A stretch of 64,000 bases of DNA from Sulfurovum sp. enrichment culture clone C5. Lineage in GTDB: Bacteria; Campylobacterota; Campylobacteria; Campylobacterales; Sulfurovaceae. Below the pieces are notes generated by a model. That model did no database searches, was not told the DNA's origin, and worked only from the letters and a program-made list of their open reading frames with translations. Of this stretch, positions 38,150-48,092 are shown piece by piece (position 1 is the stretch's first letter; each line of letters starts with the position of its first letter). The stretch covers positions 791-64,790 of the forward strand of contig FAXN01000013.1 in the NCBI GenBank assembly GCA_001493195.1. Reading direction: 5' to 3'. The position numbers and the translations under genes were made by a program.

Positions 38150-39573
38150 ATATCATTCTCCATGCCGTTATTTTTTAAAAATTCATCTTCATAAAGTGGT
38201 TTATGAACTTCAAACCCTTGTATATAATCAATATCAAATGCTTCTAATAACTCTTTTTGTTCTCTTTTATCTACCCATTTTGCAATAGTTATAATAGAAT
38301 TTTTCTTTGACATTTCAATCATACTGGCTAAAATGGAACTCGTTTTATCATCATAAATATTTTGCGTATAATCTCTATCAAATTGAATCATATCAAATTT
38401 GAAATGTCTCAAATAATCCATAGATGCATTTGAAGAGCCAAAATTATCTATGCAAATTCTTACTCCTTCATCTCTTAGAGTTTCAAGAATTTTTAAATAT
38501 CCACTTAAATCATGATGTGTTTTTTTCTCGTATAACTGTATTATTATTCTGCTCGGATTAATTTTACTTGATTTTATAACTTTGAGTAATTTTTTTTGGA
38601 ATCCAGCATCTCTTAATGAAAATGGAGATAAATTAAAAGCTATGGATATATCATCATTCACTTTTTCTAGTAGACTTATAATATGTTTGGCTATAGTCAA
38701 GTCATATTCTCTACTTAGCCCAAGACTATTTAAAATTGGTAAGTAAAACCTTGGTAATAAATCTTCACTATTGTTTGCTTTTAGTTTAACAAAAACTTCA
38801 TAAATATTTATATTATTGTCTTTTAGCTTCATGAGCGGTTTGTATGTAAAAAGAAGATTTTTATGCTCAAGTGCTTGAAGTGTTATTTTTTCCAAGTCTT
38901 CAATTTTAATATCATTTTCTAAATTGTCATTTTTTGAAGTACTTTTTTGTATTTTAATCAAATCTTTTAAATAGAGAATTGTTTTGTCATATAGCTTTGC
39001 ACAGTCTGTAATAGCAAAGTTGTATTCTACATCTATGGTGTTTATTTTTTTATTTTTGTCTATAAAAATTTTTATAGCATCAAGCAATTTTTCTTTATCA
39101 TCACCTTTTGTAGCTATAAGAAAACCATTATGATTTCTTCTACCCATTATGGTAAATTTGAAGTTATCTTGATTGAGCGATATATTCAGTTTTTTAACCA
39201 AAATTTTTAACATATTTTCTATTTCAAAAGTATTATAAAATTCCTCAATAGTGTCAAAATTACTAATTTCAATAAGAGCCATAACATCTATTTTATTTTT
39301 TTTTGCTACTTTTATGAAAGATTGCTCTTTAAATATATTTGTGACATCATCTAACATTTTTTCAGATGCACTAAGTTCTATTATAAAAAATATAAAATAA
39401 ACTGTAATGAAAGACATTGCAACAAATAGCACTATTGCTAGAGTATTTAATATAATGTTTTCTTCTTGAAAAATACTATATATAATCAAACCAAGCAATG
39501 CTAAAATAGGAAGCCCGGCCCTAAGTGCAAGTTTAAATTTTCTTTCTCTTTCGATTTTTTGTGAAATTAACAT
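38146..39573 (-). CDS. membrane-anchored degenerate GGDEF-EAL domain protein
   Basis: N-terminal TM helices. 'GRRNHNGFLIA' sits where GGDEF is expected. The EAL-type C-terminus has 'YEVFVKL', 'FNLSP', 'DNFGSS', 'IQFDRDY' and 'AKWVDKREQ...IQGF', with several canonical acidic or Lys positions substituted. Confidence 0.7.
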   Translation of the reverse strand: MLISQKIERERKFKLALRAGLPILALLGLIIYSIFQEENIILNTLAIVLFVAMSFITVYFIFFIIELSASEKMLDDVTNIFKEQSFIKVAKKNKIDVMALIEISNFDTIEEFYNTFEIENMLKILVKKLNISLNQDNFKFTIMGRRNHNGFLIATKGDDKEKLLDAIKIFIDKNKKINTIDVEYNFAITDCAKLYDKTILYLKDLIKIQKSTSKNDNLENDIKIEDLEKITLQALEHKNLLFTYKPLMKLKDNNINIYEVFVKLKANNSEDLLPRFYLPILNSLGLSREYDLTIAKHIISLLEKVNDDISIAFNLSPFSLRDAGFQKKLLKVIKSSKINPSRIIIQLYEKKTHHDLSGYLKILETLRDEGVRICIDNFGSSNASMDYLRHFKFDMIQFDRDYTQNIYDDKTSSILASMIEMSKKNSIITIAKWVDKREQKELLEAFDIDYIQGFEVHKPLYEDEFLKNNGMENDI

Positions 39574-41889
39574 TTATACATCCAAGTGTTTTACATCTTT
39601 TGCATGGGCTTCGATGTAATTTCTTCTAGGTTCTACTTCATCGCCCATAAATAGTGTAAATACTTCGCTTGCAGTATCAACATCATCTATTTTTACTTGC
39701 AAAAGTCTTCTATTTTCTGGCATCATTGTAGTTTCCCATAATTGTTCTGGGTTCATTTCCCCAAGACCTTTATATCTTTGTATATAAGCACCTTTTTTTG
39801 CAGATGCTTCTATTTGACCCAGCATTTCAAGTAAATCTTTACCTTCAAATTCTTCTGTTGTGTGATCAACAATTTTTTTGTATATATAAAGAGCTTCATT
39901 ATAGTGAGGATTTGTAAATAAATTATCATCAATGACTAGTTCTTCGAGCCCATCATCTGTTTGAACAAATAGATGAATTCTCTCTTCATTGGCAGAGTGG
40001 TTAAGTATATTGAAACCTAAATTTTCTATATATGTTTTTAAATTTTTCAAAAGAGCATTATTGTCAGTAATAATATCAGGATTTTCTATCATATACCTAA
40101 TAACCTGAGGAAGAGAAAATCTTTTTTCGAGTTCTTTGAGTGTCATTTTATAATATGATACTAACTTAAATAAATCAGCCAAATCGTTAAAGCCCATAGT
40201 AGAAGCTTCTATATCGGATATTCCATTTTCTATTAAATAATCATTCAATGCTTTATCATCTTTTAGGTAAGTTTCATTTTTACCTTTTTTATATCTATAT
40301 AGAGGTGGTTGGGCTAAATAAAGATATCCATTTTGCACAATTGGTTTTAAGAATCTAAAGAAAAATGTCATCAATAGTGTTTGTATATGACTTCCATCAA
40401 CATCGGCATCGGTCATAATAATAATTCTATGATATCTGAGTTTTTCTTCATTAAACTCATCTCCAATTCCACATCCAAGAGCCGTTATCATATTTTTTAT
40501 CTCATCTGATTGAAGTACTTTTTCAAGTCTTGCTTTTTCAACATTTAAAATTTTACCTTTTAATGGCAATATAGCTTGAAAAACTCTATCTCTTCCTTGT
40601 TTTGCAGATCCGCCGGCAGAATCTCCTTCCACCAGATACAGCTCACATTCTTTTGGATCCTTACTCTGACAGTCTGCAAGTTTACCAGGAAGGGTTCCTA
40701 TACTCATAGATTCTTTTCTTTTTACTAAGTCTTTTGCTCTTTTTGCGGCATCTCTACCTCTTGCGGCAAGTAGTACATGAGCCATTATCTCTTTTGCTTC
40801 AAGTGGTATCTCTTCTAAGTATCTGTTAAAATTTGCAGAAAAGAATTTTTGAACCAAAGGTCTTACATAACTTGAACCTAGTTTTCCTTTAGTTTGACCT
40901 TCAAATTGAGGTTCAGGAACTCTAACAGAAACAATGGCAACTAAACCTTCCGCGGCATCTTCGCCTGTAATTTTCGTGCTTTTTTCTTTTGCGTTTGCAT
41001 TTTTTTCTATATAGCTTGAAAGTGATCTTGTAAGCCCAGCTCTAAATCCAGCTTCATGTGTACCACCATCTGGAGTTTTGATATTATTTACAAAAGATAA
41101 CACCAAGTCTGTATCGCTGTCATTGTACATTATAGCAATGTCAATTTCTATATCTTCATCTTTACCTTGAAAAAATTGTGCTGATGACAAAGGAGTCTTT
41201 TTATTCATATCTTCTACAAACTGTTTTAAGCCGCCTTCAAAATGAAATGTCTCTTTTGTATCATCTCTTTCATCATTAAAAATAATACTTATTTTAGGAT
41301 TTAGATAAGCTAATTCTTTAAATCTCTTCATGAGAATATTTTTATCAAATACATTGCCTTCTGTGAAGATTGTTTCATCTGGCCAAAATTCTACTTTTGT
41401 ACCTTTTTTCTTTGTGTCGCCAGTAATACTTAGGATATCTTGAGGAATACCTTTGGCAAAAGTTTGCTCATGTATGTGACCATCTCTAGAAACAGTAAGT
41501 CTTAGCTCGCGAGATAGTGCATTAACAACTGATACACCAACACCATGTAGTCCACCAGATACTTTATAGGTATCTTTATCAAATTTTCCACCAGCATGAA
41601 GTACGGTTAGTACAACAGTAGCAGCTGAAATTTTTTCAGTTGGATGTTCTGATACTGGGATACCTCTACCATTGTCTTCAACAACAGCAGATCCCTCTTT
41701 TGTAAGTGTTACTTTTATCGTATCACAGTACCCAGCCATTGCTTCATCTATGGAGTTATCAACAACCTCATATACTAGATGGTGAAGACCTCTTATTGAT
41801 GTATCACCTATGTACATCCCTGGTCTTTTTCTAACTGCTTCAAGTCCTTTTAGAACCTTGATATTACCTGCGCCATAATTGTTTTCCAT
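39574..41889 (-). CDS. gyrB: DNA gyrase subunit B
   Basis: 'YGAGNIKVLKGLEAVRKRPGMYIGDT', 'LYLVEGDSAGGSAKQGRDR' and 'IMTDADVDGSHI'. Confidence 0.98.
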   Translation of the reverse strand: MENNYGAGNIKVLKGLEAVRKRPGMYIGDTSIRGLHHLVYEVVDNSIDEAMAGYCDTIKVTLTKEGSAVVEDNGRGIPVSEHPTEKISAATVVLTVLHAGGKFDKDTYKVSGGLHGVGVSVVNALSRELRLTVSRDGHIHEQTFAKGIPQDILSITGDTKKKGTKVEFWPDETIFTEGNVFDKNILMKRFKELAYLNPKISIIFNDERDDTKETFHFEGGLKQFVEDMNKKTPLSSAQFFQGKDEDIEIDIAIMYNDSDTDLVLSFVNNIKTPDGGTHEAGFRAGLTRSLSSYIEKNANAKEKSTKITGEDAAEGLVAIVSVRVPEPQFEGQTKGKLGSSYVRPLVQKFFSANFNRYLEEIPLEAKEIMAHVLLAARGRDAAKRAKDLVKRKESMSIGTLPGKLADCQSKDPKECELYLVEGDSAGGSAKQGRDRVFQAILPLKGKILNVEKARLEKVLQSDEIKNMITALGCGIGDEFNEEKLRYHRIIIMTDADVDGSHIQTLLMTFFFRFLKPIVQNGYLYLAQPPLYRYKKGKNETYLKDDKALNDYLIENGISDIEASTMGFNDLADLFKLVSYYKMTLKELEKRFSLPQVIRYMIENPDIITDNNALLKNLKTYIENLGFNILNHSANEERIHLFVQTDDGLEELVIDDNLFTNPHYNEALYIYKKIVDHTTEEFEGKDLLEMLGQIEASAKKGAYIQRYKGLGEMNPEQLWETTMMPENRRLLQVKIDDVDTASEVFTLFMGDEVEPRRNYIEAHAKDVKHLDV

Positions 41890-41997
41890 ACCACAAACTC
41901 CATATATAAACTAAATTAATTATACCCAAAATATTCTTTCTTTGGGTATAATTAATTTGAAAGTATTTTTCAATATTTTAAACATCAAAGAAGAATA

Positions 41998-43269
41998 ATG
42001 GAGACACTCTTTATCCAGAATACTATTTTATCCATAGTTTTAGGTTTTTTGATAGGATTGCAAAGAGAAATGCACATCATTTATTCCCAAAAAGATAGAG
42101 ATTTTGGTGGGACAAGAACTTTTGCCATAATATCTCTCCTCGGATTTTTGAGTGGATGGATTAATGAAATTTTCCCATATACATTTGTTGTTTTTATTGT
42201 AATGTTTTCTTTGATGTTGACAGTAGCTTATGTGGTAAACAGCATAAGCGGTTCTCATAAAGGTACGACAACCGAATTTGCCGCAATGGTTGTGTTTATA
42301 ATCGGAGCTCTATTAAATTTTTCTACACCAATTGTAGCCGTTTTTTTAACAATAATAATAATGTTTTTATTGAATCTAAAAGAACAAATTCAAGATTATG
42401 AAAAAAATTTAACAAAGCAAGATTTTGCTGCAACAGTGTTTTTTTTATTGATGACATTTGTTATTTTACCAATTTTGCCAAATCGCCCCATAGATTCATA
42501 TGGACTTATAAATCTTTATAAAATATGGATAATGGTTGTTGTTGTAGCTGGAATTTCGTTTTTTGGTTATATCGCAATAAAATTACTAAAAACAAAAAAA
42601 GGAATTGCAGTAGCTGGAATTTTTGGAGGATTAATATCTTCAACAGCTGTTGCAATGAGCATGGCAAGAAAAATACATGAAAATGGATTATTGGCTAAAA
42701 ATCTTGCCATTGCAATAGCACTTGCTTCTTCTGTGATGATCATCAGAATAGGATTAATATTATGGACATTTAATTCAAATCTTGCAAAAATTTTAATAGT
42801 TCCACTATTAATAGGATTAGTTACTGGTTTGGGTTATATACTGTTTATATATTCTAAAATAGAAAAAGGTCAAAACATTTCTAGTGAAATTGAGTTTAAA
42901 AATCCATACGATTTCAAAGAAGCACTTTTTATGGGGGTTGTATTTGGGTTTGTATTGGCTTTAGTAGAGCTTACAAATAGGTATAGCGGCTCGTACGGCG
43001 TATACCTAATCTCTTTTTTATCTGGTATGGCGGATGCGGATGCTATTGTTCTTTCATTATCTTCACTTTCAAGTAATGGATTGAGTTTGGACGTTGCATA
43101 TATTGCTATTGTTATTGCTTTGGTAAGTAATACAATAGCAAAGCTAGGATTAGTTTTATTTCTTGGGAATAAGACTATTTTTAAAGAAGTCCTTATATAC
43201 TATTTGATTTCAGTTGGAAGTTTAGTAATTAGTGCCTGGTGGCTTGCAGCTAGTGGTTGGCTATCATAA
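41998..43269 (+). CDS. MgtC/SapB-family membrane protein with DUF4010-like extension
   Basis: 'GFLIGLQREM....RDFGGTRTFAII' N-terminus followed by ~10 TM segments. Confidence 0.65.
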   Translation: METLFIQNTILSIVLGFLIGLQREMHIIYSQKDRDFGGTRTFAIISLLGFLSGWINEIFPYTFVVFIVMFSLMLTVAYVVNSISGSHKGTTTEFAAMVVFIIGALLNFSTPIVAVFLTIIIMFLLNLKEQIQDYEKNLTKQDFAATVFFLLMTFVILPILPNRPIDSYGLINLYKIWIMVVVVAGISFFGYIAIKLLKTKKGIAVAGIFGGLISSTAVAMSMARKIHENGLLAKNLAIAIALASSVMIIRIGLILWTFNSNLAKILIVPLLIGLVTGLGYILFIYSKIEKGQNISSEIEFKNPYDFKEALFMGVVFGFVLALVELTNRYSGSYGVYLISFLSGMADADAIVLSLSSLSSNGLSLDVAYIAIVIALVSNTIAKLGLVLFLGNKTIFKEVLIYYLISVGSLVISAWWLAASGWLS

Positions 43270-44274
43270 TTCTCCATTTTGTCTCTTTTTGGAGATAAGA
43301 GTAGAGATACTTTTATGGTCCATTATTTGATTATCCAAGAAATAATCAATAGCGATTCTTCCTACCATTGCTGAATTATCAGAACAGTATTTTAACTCTA
43401 CAAAATGCTGTTTTATGTTTAATTTATCACATAAAGAAGCAAAAGTATCTCTTATGGATTGATTGGCAGCAGCTCCACCCACTATAGCAAAATCTTTTAT
43501 ATTTTGAGCAGACATTATTTTTTTACTTTTCTGTAAAAGATGAGCAGTTATAGCTTTTTGAAAAGATGCAGAGATATCGCATCTATCTTTGTAGCTTAAA
43601 TTGTCAGCTCCACCAAGCTCTTCTATTTTCACTCGAATAGCATTTTTTAATCCAGAGAGAGAGAAAGCTAGCAATGGAGAGTTTGAAAGTGGCACAGGGA
43701 AGTTAAATCTATTTTCATCGCCTAAAACTGCCAATTTTTCTATCTGAGGTCCTCCTGGATAATCTAAATCCATCATTTTTGCACATTTATCAAAGCTTTC
43801 CCCTATACTGTCATCCATTGTTGATGCTAGGATTTGCATTGAGTTTAATGACTCTACTTTTACTATCATTGTATGTCCGCCAGATATTAACAATACAAGA
43901 ATTGGAAATATAGTTTCTTTCTCTATAAATAAAGAGTAAATATGAGCTTTTAAATGATTAATTGCAATTATTGGGATATCTAGCATGGCAGAGACTGTTT
44001 TTGCCATTTCGACACCTTCCATAAGTGTAACTCCAAGTCCAGGACCATTTGTAACAGCAACTGCTCTAAGTTTTGGGAAAAACTCTTTTGTCTCTTCTAG
44101 TATTTTTGGCAGAGCAACCGCATGAAGTCTTGAGGCAAGTTCTGGTACAACACCTCCAAATTCACTATGCTCTCTCTCTTGAGAGATTTTTTTATAAAAT
44201 AAAAGTTTTTTACTTTTAACTTCTGTTACAGATATAGAGCTATCATCACAACTACTCTCGATGCTCAAAATCAT
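43264..44274 (-). CDS. tsaD: tRNA N6-threonylcarbamoyladenosine synthesis protein TsaD
   Basis: 'ILSIESSCDDSSISV', 'GGVVPELASRLH' and 'LLISGGHT'. The start is set at the internal ATG. Confidence 0.9.
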   Translation of the reverse strand: MILSIESSCDDSSISVTEVKSKKLLFYKKISQEREHSEFGGVVPELASRLHAVALPKILEETKEFFPKLRAVAVTNGPGLGVTLMEGVEMAKTVSAMLDIPIIAINHLKAHIYSLFIEKETIFPILVLLISGGHTMIVKVESLNSMQILASTMDDSIGESFDKCAKMMDLDYPGGPQIEKLAVLGDENRFNFPVPLSNSPLLAFSLSGLKNAIRVKIEELGGADNLSYKDRCDISASFQKAITAHLLQKSKKIMSAQNIKDFAIVGGAAANQSIRDTFASLCDKLNIKQHFVELKYCSDNSAMVGRIAIDYFLDNQIMDHKSISTLISKKRQNGEL

Positions 44275-44810
44275 TTTTTTCTCCCTAGTAATTTTTCCAT
44301 ATATTCCCATTTTCCAAATCCACTGTCACTATTGATGTGTCCAGCATCATGTAATATTTCTAGATTTATATTATACTTGTTTGCTAAATTTTGAGCTTCG
44401 TCCATTTTCATATAAGGATCATTATCTGATACTATAAAATTTATTTTTAAAGCATTCAGAGAATACGGAAGAGGGCATGGAAAAAAACTTTTTACAGTTT
44501 CTATTTTAGTATCTAAACTAGGAGGAGATACCAAAATTAAATGATCTATTTTATATGCATTTTCATTTGCTAGCCAAAACCAAAGTATACATGCCAAAGA
44601 GTGACATACAACCGTATTTGGTTTAAATTCAGCCAATATTTGTTTAGTTTGTTCTAACCATCTATGTTTGGTAGGAAAGTGTGGATTGTCAAGTAGTGGA
44701 AAAGATACTGTGCCATAATCACAAGCTAAGCTTGAGGCAAGCTGGGCTTGCCAGTGCGGATAATCACTTCCTCCCCATCCATGAAGTATCAATACCCTAT
44801 TTGTTAACAT
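44271..44810 (-). CDS. YdeN/RBBP9-type alpha/beta serine hydrolase
   Basis: 'VLILHGWGGSDYPHWQ', nucleophile elbow 'CHSLA', and C-terminal 'DAGHIN'. Confidence 0.65.
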   Translation of the reverse strand: MLTNRVLILHGWGGSDYPHWQAQLASSLACDYGTVSFPLLDNPHFPTKHRWLEQTKQILAEFKPNTVVCHSLACILWFWLANENAYKIDHLILVSPPSLDTKIETVKSFFPCPLPYSLNALKINFIVSDNDPYMKMDEAQNLANKYNINLEILHDAGHINSDSGFGKWEYMEKLLGRKK

Positions 44811-45867
44811 AGTCTCTTACTTCTTTGTTTATTATTATTGTCTCTTCAATGTTGCTTGGTTTTAAATAATCAAATTTTTTATAAGCATCAAGGACAATTT
44901 TACTTATTCCTATAAATGAACATTTTCCGCTTTTGTACTTTTCTATCGCTTCTTCATTTGCTGCATTTATCACGACACCAAGGTGTGGTTTTGCCAAAAT
45001 TTCATCTTTTATTTGCCATATCGGGTAACGCGCAGTTTCTATAGGTAGAAATTCAATAGCACCTATTTTAAGAAGATCAACAGGTTTTAATAATTCACTT
45101 TTCACATCCCCAAGAAGTGCAAAAGCAATTGGGAGTTTCATGTCAACACCAGCCAAATGTGCTGTAGTAGAGCCATCAACAAATTCCACAAGAGCATGTA
45201 TGATAGATTTTTTCTCTATTACAGCATCTATGTTTGTAGTATTAAAAAGCCATGCGGCTTCAAGTAATTCAAATAGTTTATTTGTCATTGTTGCACTGTC
45301 TATAGTTATTTTGCTACCCATAGACCAGTTTGGGTGATTTAGTGCATCTTTTAGAGTCGCATCTTTTATCTTTTCTATATCCCAATCTCTAAAAGCTCCA
45401 CCACTTGCGGTTATATATAATTTATTAAATTTTTTATTTTGTGCTAAATACCAAAGTCCAAAATGCTCACTGTCAATAGGTGTTATTTTTGAAATATCTA
45501 TCAAATGTCCAGCAACAACAAGTGATTCTTTATTTGCAAGTGCAACTTTTTTACCAAGTTTTATAGAGTGTAATGTTGGCATCAGTCCTGCATATCCCAC
45601 GAGTGCATTTACAATAGTTTCACTTTCGCACTTGGAGAGCATATCGAGTATCTCTTCTTCACCACAAAAAATATTTGTATGATTTACTAGATGCTTCTTA
45701 TCACTCTCTTTTATACCCACATATTTTGGTTTATATATACTAATTTGTTCATTTAAAAGTGAGATATTATCTCCTGCAACTAAAGCTTCAATTTTTATAT
45801 TAAAACGAGATGCTATTGCAAGCGTATTAAGCCCAATAGAGCCAGTGGAACCTAGTATTACAATCAT
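44797..45867 (-). CDS. dxr: 1-deoxy-D-xylulose 5-phosphate reductoisomerase
   Basis: 'ILGSTGSIGLNTL', 'LANKESLV', 'PIDSEH' and 'HPNWSMG'. Confidence 0.95.
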   Translation of the reverse strand: MIVILGSTGSIGLNTLAIASRFNIKIEALVAGDNISLLNEQISIYKPKYVGIKESDKKHLVNHTNIFCGEEEILDMLSKCESETIVNALVGYAGLMPTLHSIKLGKKVALANKESLVVAGHLIDISKITPIDSEHFGLWYLAQNKKFNKLYITASGGAFRDWDIEKIKDATLKDALNHPNWSMGSKITIDSATMTNKLFELLEAAWLFNTTNIDAVIEKKSIIHALVEFVDGSTTAHLAGVDMKLPIAFALLGDVKSELLKPVDLLKIGAIEFLPIETARYPIWQIKDEILAKPHLGVVINAANEEAIEKYKSGKCSFIGISKIVLDAYKKFDYLKPSNIEETIIINKEVRDYVNK

Positions 45868-46629
45868 TTATGAAGGCAAAGCACGAAGGGCGATTACCAT
45901 CATAACAACACCAAAAAGGTATCCATCTATTCTATCGAGTATTCCCCCGTGTCCTGGTAAAATATTACCGCTATCTTTAACACCAGCTTCTCGTTTTAAA
46001 TAACTTTCAAAAAGATCTCCAAATACAGATGCTATGGATATGGCTAGTGATACCATTATAGATTTTGATAAACTATAAGTATATAATCCTATCAATGTAC
46101 CTATGGCTGTAGCTATCAAAACACCGCCTACTACACCTTCTAAAGTTTTGTTTGGTGACGTAGAGGAGAACTTAGTTCTACCTATGGTTTTTCCAACAAA
46201 AAATGCTCCAATATCAGTAAGTGAAACTGTTATTAAGAGCCAAAACATATGGCTTACACCATAATCTTTATATAATGTTAAAAAGAACATAGCTCCTATC
46301 GTAGGATATAAAAAAGGCAAAAGAAGTCTTTTGTCAAAATTATGAAAATATGCCAAACTAGCACCAAATATAATCGCAATAAGGAAAAACATATCGTCTG
46401 GACTTGGATAAAAGTATGCAGTTATCCATAAAAATAGAGCCCAAAAATATGTAGATGGAAACTCAAGTTTATAGAGTTTCATTGCTTCATAAAATGCGAA
46501 CATATAAATAATGCCTAAAAATAACCACATAATAAATAGATTATCTATAAATCCGATAAATGCAACAAACCCAAGTAGAGCAAATCCAGTCATCCATCTT
46601 TCTTGATAATCTGTAAAAAGTCTTTTCAT
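45868..46629 (-). CDS. cdsA: phosphatidate cytidylyltransferase
   Basis: Polytopic protein with the C-terminal signature 'SYLKREAGVKDSGNILPGHGGILDRIDG'. Confidence 0.92.
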   Translation of the reverse strand: MKRLFTDYQERWMTGFALLGFVAFIGFIDNLFIMWLFLGIIYMFAFYEAMKLYKLEFPSTYFWALFLWITAYFYPSPDDMFFLIAIIFGASLAYFHNFDKRLLLPFLYPTIGAMFFLTLYKDYGVSHMFWLLITVSLTDIGAFFVGKTIGRTKFSSTSPNKTLEGVVGGVLIATAIGTLIGLYTYSLSKSIMVSLAISIASVFGDLFESYLKREAGVKDSGNILPGHGGILDRIDGYLFGVVMMVIALRALPS

Positions 46630-46678
46630 TCTTTAATAGTCCTATAAAATATATTACATAATTATATCATATATCGTG

Positions 46679-48019
46679 TTAAGTTCTTATCTCAATACCT
46701 TCTTTTCTTGTATATGTTGAGTCATAATTTGTATAAAAAACATTTGCATCTTCTCCAGGCTTTACAAATTTCCTTTTTGTATAATCAACTACATAATCAC
46801 CAGCATTTTTGACAGAGTATTCAACACAAAGGTGTGCAGCATTTTTTATGACACTATCAGGAACGCTTTGCTTATCTGTTTTTATGATGACATGAGAAGA
46901 TGAGACATCTCTTATGTGCATCCATATATCGTTTGATTTTGATATTTCAAGCAGTGTTTTGTTTTCATTTTGATTTCTACCGATATAAACTTTGTATCCT
47001 TCTATCCATACAACATTTAGATTTTCATCAACACTTTTTGATTTTTTTTGTGATGATTTTTGTGGAATAAAATATGAGAGTTGCTCGTACTCTTTTGCAT
47101 TTTGTATTAAATTTATAGTTGTTTCTAAAAAGTCAAGTTTTTCATTTATATTTTCTTTTTGGATATGCATATGCAATGCTCTTTTTTTTGCTTTTTTTGC
47201 TTTATTGAAAAAATAATTACCCATCTTATTTATATTGATATTTTTTGGCAATGGTATAGATATAGGATTTCCATCAAAATCGAAAGTATCAAATTTCAAG
47301 CTATATGGAATTATTTGATTTAGATTTGACAATATGATGGTTCCGTATAGATTATTTACTCTAGACTCATTTTCTAACTCTTCTATTTTTGGCATAGATT
47401 TTAATATATTTTTTAAACTCTTTTGTTTTGTTAACATAGATGAGAGTAGTTTGTGTTTTACATTGTCTATTTTTGATTTTTGATTATTTTCATAATTTTG
47501 AACCATAATATTTTCTATATCTATTTGTAAGATGTCATCTTTTTGTACCCTTGGAATGAGTGGAAGTAGTTTAACATTGGGTCTAATAACCCTAAAAGAT
47601 TTTGAACTATCTATGTGCCTTAAGGCTTCTATGATAATTTCGTCTTCATTTAAGATAATAATATTTGTAAATTTACCAGTGAATTCAAACTGCAAATAAC
47701 AAGTTTGTGTTTTATAGCTATTTTTTGTTTGAAGTGTAAATCTAAGCACTCTATCATTTGATACTATATCAATACTTATAATTTTACTATTTGTTACAAG
47801 TTGTTCCAAAAGATTATCAAAAGGTGCATTGTAGTTTTGAAGAAATGTTCTTTGTTTTGCTTTATAAACACTACTATTTCCACGACTCATTACAAATCCA
47901 TATTCATAATCTTTATCAAATCTGAGTATTACAGTATTGTCATCTACTCTTTTTGCTCTATAGATAGTATCAAAAGTTTTTAGATAAGACTGCAGGGCAA
48001 GTAACTGGCTATAATTCAC
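46679..48019 (-). CDS. NFACT/FbpA-like protein with DUF814 (RqcH-related) domain
   Basis: C-terminal 'GYKVYIGRNQNENKTLL...NDIWMHIRDVSSSHVIIK' is the NFACT-R/DUF814 signature. Confidence 0.7.
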   Translation of the reverse strand: MNYSQLLALQSYLKTFDTIYRAKRVDDNTVILRFDKDYEYGFVMSRGNSSVYKAKQRTFLQNYNAPFDNLLEQLVTNSKIISIDIVSNDRVLRFTLQTKNSYKTQTCYLQFEFTGKFTNIIILNEDEIIIEALRHIDSSKSFRVIRPNVKLLPLIPRVQKDDILQIDIENIMVQNYENNQKSKIDNVKHKLLSSMLTKQKSLKNILKSMPKIEELENESRVNNLYGTIILSNLNQIIPYSLKFDTFDFDGNPISIPLPKNININKMGNYFFNKAKKAKKRALHMHIQKENINEKLDFLETTINLIQNAKEYEQLSYFIPQKSSQKKSKSVDENLNVVWIEGYKVYIGRNQNENKTLLEISKSNDIWMHIRDVSSSHVIIKTDKQSVPDSVIKNAAHLCVEYSVKNAGDYVVDYTKRKFVKPGEDANVFYTNYDSTYTRKEGIEIRT

Positions 48020-48092
48020 ATATACTCCTTGTATGGGTGGTATTTTACCCTATTTTTGGTATAATCTCACAATTTTATACTTAGGAATATAT

